NCBI RefSeq assembly: GCF_005696695.1
Contig: NZ_CP040006.1
Span: forward strand, 1,020,001 to 1,052,000
Length of the DNA: 32,000 nucleotides
Origin: Schaalia odontolytica
GTDB taxonomy: Bacteria > Actinomycetota > Actinomycetes > Actinomycetales > Actinomycetaceae
Direction of reading: 5' to 3'
Part shown: positions 25,435 to 32,000 of the stretch, piece by piece
Position numbering within the stretch: the stretch's first letter is position 1
Layout: the number at the start of each line of letters is the position of its first letter
Program-made: the position numbers and the translations under genes
The notes under the pieces: model-generated
The model's input: the letters and a program-made list of their open reading frames with translations, nothing else
The model's database searches: none
What the model was told of the DNA's origin: nothing

Positions 25435-27168
25435 TCAGGTGCGCGGGGACAGACGCTGCTGGGCGGTTGCGTGGGCTAATAGCTCGCGCAACCGCCCGTC
25501 GCGTAGCGGGCTGTCAACGTGCTGCGCCCAGGGGAGGGGACCGTTCCATTCGACGAGGCGCGTCCCTTCGCGGCACAGCTCGGCGCACAGGAGTGACGTC
25601 TCAGCCCACGAGGCGACGGATGCGGCCATCCCGCCGGTCTCGATCGGCTCCGTGGAGGTGAGAAGATCGATCCACGGCGACGGGGCGGAGCGCGGGGGCA
25701 CGACGACCGAACTGAGGTGGCGTCCGTAGGAGGCAACATGCAGAATCCAGCCGGGTTCTCCACCGTCGCGACGCGCGCCCCAGACGATACGCGGGGCCGC
25801 CAGGATGGGGCGCATGGTTGCGCGCTCAACGCCAGCGATGTAGGCGCTCAGCTCGTCGCGCGCTCCAGCCGCGGCCTCGAACAGCCCCTGCGCGGACAGG
25901 CGTTCCATCAGGGAAGTGAGCGCGTTCGGGACCGCTAATGACGAGGCTTCCACGGCCTCGTCGAGGATGGCGCCCGAGGAGTCGTGATCGGCCTGGGCGA
26001 GGACCCGCTCGATCGCTCCTGCAGCCCGCTGAGCGTGCGCGCGCGTCCCGAACGGACCGAGGGCGCGGGGCAGGTCGCCCAGCGTCACGGACGAAACGAC
26101 GCGGGCGCGGCCGGCCTCGGCGATGACCCAGTGCTGGGATCCCTGCCGTCTCGACGCGGAGTTGTAGGGCGGGGCGAGGGCCTTGATGTCGCGCAGTTCT
26201 CGGATCCTCGCCTCGAGAATCGAGGCGGTCGGATAGGGGCGCACGCCCGCGGCCAGGGACACCATGCGCTGCACCTTCGGGCGCTTCTCGCCCTTCGTGT
26301 AGTAACTGCCCACGCGCGAGCGCAGCGACGAGGCCGACCCCACGTAGAGAGTGTCTCCCGCGGTGTCGATGAAGTGATAGACCCCGGGAGAGGTCGGCAG
26401 GTCCGCGACGAAGTCGGGCGTTGATGGGCGCCGCGCCGGAGCCTGATCCGTCAGCACGATCAGGTCCTCGACGTCAGTCGCGCCGGCAGCGGCGAGCAGG
26501 TCGATGAACCCCAGGAGGATCTCTGCCGTCGCTCGCGCGTCTCCAAGTGCTCGGTGCTCGGGAACGGTGGCGGTACCGAAGTAGGAGGCGACTGTGCCGA
26601 GCTTGTGGTTACGCACGAGCGGGCGTGGCAGGGCGAGCCGCGCGAGTGCGAGCGTATCGACGACGCGCACACGAGGCCACGGGCGAGCACACGCGCGGGC
26701 CGCACGGCGTAGGAAACCCACGTCAAAAGACGCGTTATGTGCGACGAGGACGGGGGAATCCGAAGCTCCAAGGCCTGACCACTCCATGAAGCGTTCCAGA
26801 ATGGATGCGATCGGGTCCGCCTCCGCCACCATCGCTGGTGTGATGCCCGTCAGCGACGTGATGAAGGGCGGGATAGGACGCGAGGGTTTCACGAGGGAAG
26901 AAAACTCGTCCACGACCGCTCCGTCGCGGATGCGCACAGCGCCGATCTCAGTAATTTCCGCGCCCGCACCCAGGCCCGTCGTCTCGAGGTCGACGACGAT
27001 CCAGTGCCCGCCTGAGGCCGGCGTCCCGACGGCGTCGAGGCTGGGTTGAAGCTCCACCGACGAGGCCCTCGAAAGGGCCGCAGATACCACTGATCGAGCG
27101 AAAGGACGAGCCGATTCGCCGGGCGCTATGGTTTCCCCACAATCGCGCACGGGAGTTCGTTTCGTCAT
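25435..27168 (-). CDS. DEDD 3'-5' exonuclease (DnaQ-like) fused to a GIY-YIG nuclease domain (Cho-like; Rv2191-type)
   Basis: The exonuclease motifs are Exo I VVDLETTGL, Exo II VAHNASFD and Exo III HRALGDA. The GIY-YIG domain follows: GVYHFID...TLYVGSASSLRSRV...PPYN. Confidence 0.85.
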   Translation of the reverse strand: MTKRTPVRDCGETIAPGESARPFARSVVSAALSRASSVELQPSLDAVGTPASGGHWIVVDLETTGLGAGAEITEIGAVRIRDGAVVDEFSSLVKPSRPIPPFITSLTGITPAMVAEADPIASILERFMEWSGLGASDSPVLVAHNASFDVGFLRRAARACARPWPRVRVVDTLALARLALPRPLVRNHKLGTVASYFGTATVPEHRALGDARATAEILLGFIDLLAAAGATDVEDLIVLTDQAPARRPSTPDFVADLPTSPGVYHFIDTAGDTLYVGSASSLRSRVGSYYTKGEKRPKVQRMVSLAAGVRPYPTASILEARIRELRDIKALAPPYNSASRRQGSQHWVIAEAGRARVVSSVTLGDLPRALGPFGTRAHAQRAAGAIERVLAQADHDSSGAILDEAVEASSLAVPNALTSLMERLSAQGLFEAAAGARDELSAYIAGVERATMRPILAAPRIVWGARRDGGEPGWILHVASYGRHLSSVVVPPRSAPSPWIDLLTSTEPIETGGMAASVASWAETSLLCAELCREGTRLVEWNGPLPWAQHVDSPLRDGRLRELLAHATAQQRLSPRT

Positions 27169-27175
27169 ACAGTTG

Positions 27176-27181
27176 ATACTA
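27176..27181 (-). promoter_or_regulatory. -10-like TAGTAT, 7 nt upstream of the nuclease ATG (leaderless candidate)
   Basis: The minus strand reads TAGTAT-caactgt-ATG(27168), with no Shine-Dalgarno. Confidence 0.3.
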
Positions 27182-27226
27182 ATTCGTTCGCGCGCTCGCG
27201 CGCCCCTCGAGACTTCAGGAGTGACA

Positions 27227-28039
27227 GTGGCGTTCTATCAGGCTCTCAAGGCGACCGGCAGCCCCATTCTGAAGGCCGCCTATCACCCGTGGATCCGCGG
27301 CAAGGAGAACATTCCCGCCGAGGGGCCCGCTATCCTCGCGTCCAACCACAACGCTGTGTGGGACTCCGTCTTCCTGCCGATGATGCTCGACCGTGAGGTC
27401 GTTTTCATGGGCAAGGCCGACTACTTTACGGGCACCGGTCTCAAGGGGTGGATGACAAAGGAATTCATGCGCGCAGTTGGCACCATCCCCGTTGACCGCA
27501 CCGGCGGTCGCGCATCCGAGGCAGCACTGAAAGCGGGACTGAAGCGACTGCGCGAGGGCGAGCTCTTCGGCATCTATCCCGAGGGCACGCGCAGCCCCGA
27601 CGGGCGCCTCTACCGCGGCAAGACCGGCGTCGCGCGCCTCGCACTCCTGTCCGGCGCCCCCGTCATCCCCGTCGCCATGATCGGCACCCATGCGGCACAG
27701 CCCATTGGCCAGAAGATCCCCTCGCGCACGAACATCGGCATGGTGATTGGCGAGCCCCTGGACTTCTCGCGCTACCGCGGCCTCGACAAGGACCGCTACG
27801 TCCTGCGCGCGATCACCGACGAGATCATGTACAACCTGATGCTCCTGTCCGGCCAGGAATACGTGGACCTGTACGCCGCCGACGTGAAGGCCCAGCTGGC
27901 AGCCGAGGGTGCCTTCGAGGGGCCCGTGCCCTCCAATGGTCGTCCCGCGCCCGGTGGGCGCACCGCCCCCGAGGTGCCCGTTCCGACCGCTCCCGAGGAA
28001 GAGGGCAGCGAGGACGAGAAGGCCTCAGACAAGGAGTAA
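27227..28039 (+). CDS. plsC: 1-acyl-sn-glycerol-3-phosphate acyltransferase family protein
   Basis: The HX4D motif is NHNAVWD, followed by FMGKAD and IYPEGTRS. The C-terminal tail is acidic and low in complexity. GTG 27227 lies 6 nt after AGGAG. Confidence 0.85.
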   Translation: MAFYQALKATGSPILKAAYHPWIRGKENIPAEGPAILASNHNAVWDSVFLPMMLDREVVFMGKADYFTGTGLKGWMTKEFMRAVGTIPVDRTGGRASEAALKAGLKRLREGELFGIYPEGTRSPDGRLYRGKTGVARLALLSGAPVIPVAMIGTHAAQPIGQKIPSRTNIGMVIGEPLDFSRYRGLDKDRYVLRAITDEIMYNLMLLSGQEYVDLYAADVKAQLAAEGAFEGPVPSNGRPAPGGRTAPEVPVPTAPEEEGSEDEKASDKE

Positions 28040-28078
28040 CAGGGCCGAGCCGTCACCGATGGTTGGTGCTTGCAATCG

Positions 28079-28110
28079 CGTTTCGTGGGACGGGCGTCCT
28101 TGGCGAAACG
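28079..28110 (+). terminator. Imperfect hairpin downstream of plsC
   Basis: CGTTTCG (28079-28085) pairs with CGAAACG (28104-28110). An inner GGAC/GTCC pairing lies between the arms. Confidence 0.3.
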
Positions 28111-28124
28111 TGATGTGAGCCGGG

Positions 28125-28130
28125 TAGAAT
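28125..28130 (+). promoter_or_regulatory. -10-like TAGAAT upstream of the PFK gene
   Basis: The context is GGGTAGAATGAAC, 62 nt upstream of ATG 28192. TTGGCG lies 19 nt upstream as a weak -35 candidate. Confidence 0.3.
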
Positions 28131-28191
28131 GAACTGTGCCCTGCGCACGCGCGCGGGCCCGTACCTAACCAACCTGAGAAAGGTGACATTC

Positions 28192-29409
28192 ATGTCGGTC
28201 CGTCGTGTTGCCCTGCTGACCGCAGGTGGCTTCGCCCCGTGCCTGTCCTCCGCCGTCGGTGGACTCATCGAGCGCTACAACGAAATTGATCCCACGGTTG
28301 AGATCATCGCTTACCAGAACGGCTACCACGGCCTGCTCACCGGCAACTACGTGCTGGTCGACGAGGAAGCGCGCAAGCACGCTGCCGTCCTTCACCGCTT
28401 CGGTGGTTCCCCGATCGGTAACTCCCGCGTCAAGCTGACGAACAAGAAGAACCTCGTCGAGCGCGGCCTCGTGTCCGAGGATGAGGATCCGCTGCAGAAG
28501 GCCGCCGAGCAGCTGCGCGCCGACGGCGTTGACGTCCTGCACACCATCGGTGGCGACGACACCAACACGACGGCCGCCGACCTGGCCGCCTACCTGGAGG
28601 AGCACGACTACCACCTGACCGTCGTGGGCCTGCCCAAGACGATCGATAACGACGTTGTGCCGATCCGCCAGTCCCTGGGTGCATGGACCGCCGCTGAAGA
28701 GGTCTCCGAGTACTCCCAGAACGTCATCGGCGAGCACCGCTCCAACCCGCGCATGCTCATCATCCACGAGATCATGGGTCGCCACTGCGGTTGGCTGACC
28801 GCCGCCGGTTCGAAGTGCTACCACGACTGGCTGAAGACCCAGGAATGGGTGCCCTCGATCGGGCTGTCGCAGGAGCGTTGGGACATTCACGCTATCTTCC
28901 TGCCCGAGATGAAGATCGACCTGGACGCCGAGGCCGCGCGCCTCAAGGCGATCATGGACGAGCAGGGCAACGTCAACATCTTCCTGTCCGAGGGCGCTGG
29001 CGTCCCCGAGATCATCGCGGAGATCGAGGCTGCCGGTGGCGAGGTCCAGCGCGACCCCTTCGGCCACGTCAAGCTCGACACGATCAACCCCGGCCAGTGG
29101 TTCGCCAAGCAGTTCGCCGAGAAGATCGACGCCGAGAAGGTCATGGTCCAGAAGTCGGGCTACTTCTCGCGTTCCTCGCGCGCCAACGCTGACGACCTGC
29201 GCCTCATCAAGTCGATGACCGACCTCGCCGTCGAGTGCGCCTTCAAGGGCGAGTCCGGCGTTATCGGCCACGACGAGGAGGACGGCGATCGCCTGAAGGC
29301 CATCCCGTTCCCGCGCATCGCGGGCGGTAAGCCCTTCGACATCTCCCAGCCCTGGTTCCTCGAAATGATGGCCGAGATCGGCCAGACCGTCGAGCCTGCT
29401 GGCGAGTGA
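28192..29409 (+). CDS. pfp: Pyrophosphate-dependent 6-phosphofructokinase (PPi-PFK type)
   Basis: PFK blocks are present: LLTAGGFAPCLS, TIGGDDTNT, GLPKTIDNDV and IMGRHCGWLT. The GGDD and PKTIDND variants are the PPi-type signatures. ATG 28192 has a GAAAGGTG Shine-Dalgarno. Confidence 0.85.
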   Translation: MSVRRVALLTAGGFAPCLSSAVGGLIERYNEIDPTVEIIAYQNGYHGLLTGNYVLVDEEARKHAAVLHRFGGSPIGNSRVKLTNKKNLVERGLVSEDEDPLQKAAEQLRADGVDVLHTIGGDDTNTTAADLAAYLEEHDYHLTVVGLPKTIDNDVVPIRQSLGAWTAAEEVSEYSQNVIGEHRSNPRMLIIHEIMGRHCGWLTAAGSKCYHDWLKTQEWVPSIGLSQERWDIHAIFLPEMKIDLDAEAARLKAIMDEQGNVNIFLSEGAGVPEIIAEIEAAGGEVQRDPFGHVKLDTINPGQWFAKQFAEKIDAEKVMVQKSGYFSRSSRANADDLRLIKSMTDLAVECAFKGESGVIGHDEEDGDRLKAIPFPRIAGGKPFDISQPWFLEMMAEIGQTVEPAGE

Positions 29410-29419
29410 GTCGCTTCGC

Positions 29420-30859
29420 GTGATTCCTTCGATCACTCCCGGACGCGGCGGAGAGCCTGTGCGTAAGCCTCGCTCCCGCCGCGTCCCCGAGCGTCTCTGG
29501 TCGCCCGAGTCCGGGGAGCTTGCTCCCTGGGACACGTGGCGCGGCCTGGACGCTGCCCAACAGCCTTCCTACGCGGACGCGGAACACCTCAGTGACGTGA
29601 CGGCGCAGCTGCGCCGTCAGCCGCCGCTCGTGTTCGCCGGGGAGGTTGACGACCTGCGCACGTGGATGGGTGCGGCTGCACGCGGCGAGGCCTTCGTCCT
29701 GATGGGCGGGGACTGTGCCGAGACCTTCGCCGAGGCGACGGCGGACCATGTGCGCCTGAAGATTCAGACGCTGCTGCAGATGGCGGTCGTCCTGACCTAC
29801 GGCGCGTCGCTGCCGGTCATCAAGGTCGGCCGTATCGCCGGCCAGTACGCTAAGCCGCGTTCGTCGGATATGGAAACGCGCGACGGCGTCACGCTGCCCA
29901 GCTATCGCGGCGATGCCGTGAACTCCTTCGAGTTCACTCCCGAGGCGCGCGAGCCCGACCCGCAGCGCCTGCTGTCGCTGTACAACCACGCGGCTTCGAC
30001 CCTGAACCTGATTCGCGCCTTCACGAAGGGCGGCTACGCCGACCTGCGCCAGGTGCACCGCTGGAATCAGGGTTTCATGTCGAACCCTGCCTACGCGCGC
30101 TACGAGTCGCTGGCAGAAGACATCCACCGGGCGATCAAGTTCATGGGTGCCGCGGGCGTCGACTTCGAGACGCTGCGCGACGTGGACCTGTTCTCGTCGC
30201 ACGAGGCGCTGCTGCTCGAGTACGAGTCGGCGATGACGCGCATTGATTCGCGGACGGGCGAGCCCTACAACACGTCTGCCCACTTCCTGTGGGCGGGGGA
30301 GAGAACGCGCGAGGAGGAGGGCGCTCACATCGAGCTGCTGTCGCGTGTTCGCAACCCGATTGGGGTGAAGCTCGGCCCGTCGACCACGCCGGATCAGATG
30401 CTCTCGCTCATCGATCGCCTCAACCCGGATGGTGAGGAGGGGCGCCTGTCGTTCATTACTCGCATGGGCGCCGGTCGCATCCGCGAGGCGCTTCCGCCGC
30501 TGCTGGAAGCCGCGCGTGAGGACGGTCGTCCGCTCACGTGGATGACGGATCCGATGCACGGCAACACGATCACGTCGTCGACCGGCTACAAGACGCGTCG
30601 CTTTGAGACGGTCATGGACGAGGTGCGTGGCTTCTTCGAAGCACACGAGGCCGCGGGAACTGTCCCGGGTGGCTTGCACGTCGAGCTGACCGGTGACGAT
30701 GTCACCGAGGTGATCGGCGGTAGTGAGCACATCGATGACGAGTCGTTGCGCGACCGTTACGAGACGCTTGTGGATCCACGCCTGAACCACCAGCAGAGTC
30801 TGGAGATGGCTTTCCAGGTCGCCCAGTACCTGGCGAAGGGGTCCTCCCACGAGGAGTGA
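29420..30859 (+). CDS. aroG: Class II 3-deoxy-7-phosphoheptulonate (DAHP) synthase
   Basis: Class II blocks are present: GEAFVLMGGDCAETF, GRIAGQYAKPRS, YRGDAVN, AHFLWAGERTR and DPMHGNT. The start is uncertain: GTG 29420 lies 10 nt after the PFK stop, and GTG 29459 is an alternative. Confidence 0.9.
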   Translation: MIPSITPGRGGEPVRKPRSRRVPERLWSPESGELAPWDTWRGLDAAQQPSYADAEHLSDVTAQLRRQPPLVFAGEVDDLRTWMGAAARGEAFVLMGGDCAETFAEATADHVRLKIQTLLQMAVVLTYGASLPVIKVGRIAGQYAKPRSSDMETRDGVTLPSYRGDAVNSFEFTPEAREPDPQRLLSLYNHAASTLNLIRAFTKGGYADLRQVHRWNQGFMSNPAYARYESLAEDIHRAIKFMGAAGVDFETLRDVDLFSSHEALLLEYESAMTRIDSRTGEPYNTSAHFLWAGERTREEEGAHIELLSRVRNPIGVKLGPSTTPDQMLSLIDRLNPDGEEGRLSFITRMGAGRIREALPPLLEAAREDGRPLTWMTDPMHGNTITSSTGYKTRRFETVMDEVRGFFEAHEAAGTVPGGLHVELTGDDVTEVIGGSEHIDDESLRDRYETLVDPRLNHQQSLEMAFQVAQYLAKGSSHEE

Positions 30860-30870
30860 GTTCACCGCAC

Positions 30871-30919
30871 ATAAGTATCCCCGGCCTCGTCTGTCATGGA
30901 CGAGGCCGGGGATACTTAT
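30871..30919. terminator. Perfect 21-bp-stem hairpin between convergent aroG and the kinase gene
   Basis: ATAAGTATCCCCGGCCTCGTC (30871-30891) pairs with GACGAGGCCGGGGATACTTAT (30899-30919) around the 7-nt loop TGTCATG. Confidence 0.7.
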
Positions 30920-30943
30920 GACGGGCGAGTGTCTCGGCCGTGC

Positions 30944-32000
30944 TCAGACGATCGTGATCGTGACGACGCTGCCCTTTTTCAGCAGTGTTCCGGCGGCGGG
31001 ATCGGTCTGTCGGACGGTTCCGAAGAAGCCGCCGAGGATTGCCTCCTCCTGCACGGTGAAGCCGGCTGCCTCGAGGGCGGCGCGAGCATCCTGGCGCTGT
31101 CGGCCGACGACGTCGGGCACCGCGACCTTCTCGGGTCCCTTCGATACCGTGTAAGCGACGGTGTCGCCACGGTGCAGGATCGTGCCCTCATTGGTCTGCT
31201 GCGAGATGACCTGGCCTTCGGCGACGGTGTCGGAGAAGGCCTCCGTTGGCACCGCGACGAGGCCAAGTCCCTCGATGGCGCTCTTCGCAGCATCAGCGCT
31301 CATCCCGTTCAGCGACGGCACGGTGAGGGGCTCGCGGCCCTTCGACAGCACCACGTCGACGGCGCTGTCGTGCGCCAGCTGTGAACCAGATGCCTGGGAC
31401 TGCGAGATGACCTGGCCCTGCGGGACGTCCTCGGAGTATGCGTCGGTGATGGCCCCCAGTGCGAGGCCGGCCTCCGTGAATGCCTTGCGTGCGTCCTCCT
31501 GATTCTTACCAACGACGTCAGGGACCGTCTTCATGTCCACGCCCTTGGAGACGTGGAGTTGGACCTCGGCGCGTTTGTGGACGGGCTCGCCGCCTTCCGG
31601 ATCGGAGCGAGTGATCGAACCGGCGGCGACGTCGTCAGAGAACTCCTCCTCAACGGAAGAAGCAAGTCCCATCGCGTTCAGCTCAGCCTGAACATCCGCG
31701 AGGGGGCGACCATCCGTCGCGGGCATGGTCAGGTAGGAGCCTGGGCCGTATTCGGTCCACCACCAGCGTCCACCAACGACTGCGGCGGCGAGGAGCAGAA
31801 CGACGAGGGTAGCCCACAGGGCGGCGCGCTTGTACGTTTTGGTGCCGCCGTTCTCCGAAGCATTGGGAAGCGGGGCCGACGTGTGGACAGTGGCGACCGT
31901 CGATGGCGCCGGGAGGGGCAGAGGCCTCGTGAACTGAGCCGAGATCAGCTCGGTGTTGAGCGCGCTCGTTTCCGAGGCGCCCGCCCGGTCAGCCGGCGCG
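30944..32000 (-). CDS. Ser/Thr protein kinase C-terminal part (TM helix plus four PASTA domains, PknL/PknB-like), 5' end outside the window
   Basis: The track lists only 30944..31726, but my hand translation shows the frame stays open to base 32000. It reads ...GGTKTYKRAALWATLVVLLLAAAVVGGRWWWTEYGPGSYLTMPATDG.... That gives a TM helix followed by four PASTA-like units of about 65 aa, each ending in SKG or TITIV. Confidence 0.8.
   Translation of the reverse strand, partial: APADRAGASETSALNTELISAQFTRPLPLPAPSTVATVHTSAPLPNASENGGTKTYKRAALWATLVVLLLAAAVVGGRWWWTEYGPGSYLTMPATDGRPLADVQAELNAMGLASSVEEEFSDDVAAGSITRSDPEGGEPVHKRAEVQLHVSKGVDMKTVPDVVGKNQEDARKAFTEAGLALGAITDAYSEDVPQGQVISQSQASGSQLAHDSAVDVVLSKGREPLTVPSLNGMSADAAKSAIEGLGLVAVPTEAFSDTVAEGQVISQQTNEGTILHRGDTVAYTVSKGPEKVAVPDVVGRQRQDARAALEAAGFTVQEEAILGGFFGTVRQTDPAAGTLLKKGSVVTITIV

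Noticed and set aside
27169-27226. A LexA box (TCGAAC-N4-GTTCGA) or a RecA-independent damage promoter (TGTCRGTG-N8-TANNNT) upstream of the nuclease
   Set aside because: Only a GTTCG half-site and a TGTCACTC without a correctly spaced TANNNT are present. Neither matches.
28165-30865. Two long ORFs (456 aa and 534 aa) antisense to PFK and DAHP synthase
   Set aside because: Both are Arg/Gly/Asp-rich and lie entirely within strongly supported plus-strand genes.

Overview
This is a high-GC actinobacterial chromosomal segment, densely packed with about 31 protein-coding genes. I found no rRNA, tRNA, CRISPR array, IS or phage element by eye. Gene content and order look like an Actinomycetaceae-type organism: a PPi-type phosphofructokinase, no cytochrome oxidase or bc1 genes, and a right half collinear with the mycobacterial pknL-aroG-plsC-trpD-erpA-DUF3043 core region. 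This taxonomic guess is inference only.

Gene order, left to right:
- malQ (5' end outside the window), convergent with a PTS EIIB-EIIA pair
- a Cof-HAD phosphatase and an MFS transporter
- GH3 beta-glucosidase, GtrA and GT2
- a minus-strand operon of LytTR response regulator, AgrC-like kinase and GNAT
- glf and an AEC transporter
- an NSS transporter, an unlisted 53-codon MetS-like small subunit and a HAD-IIB hydrolase
- a minus-strand operon of an orphan gene, pyrD and trmH
- DUF3043, divergent from an M20 dipeptidase, a degenerate glycerate-kinase homologue and erpA
- an FKBP lipoprotein
- a stand-alone receiver domain and trpD
- a DEDD+GIY-YIG nuclease, divergent from plsC
- PPi-PFK and a class II DAHP synthase
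- the C-terminal PASTA region of a Ser/Thr kinase, which runs off the right edge

I did not find a convincing self-contained novel system, and there are no defence-island hallmarks. The best leads are:
1. Three DnaA-box-like 9-mers in exact 30-bp phase upstream of a compositionally odd orphan gene that heads the pyrD operon.
2. A small transporter-subunit ORF that the ORF track missed.
3. A Lys-less receiver domain translationally coupled to trpD.
4. A duplicated CTGGGA-N4-TCCCG motif bracketing the NSS transporter promoter.
5. A glycerate-kinase-fold protein with both signature motifs degenerate.

All functional calls come from motif recognition by eye. No database search or computation was run.
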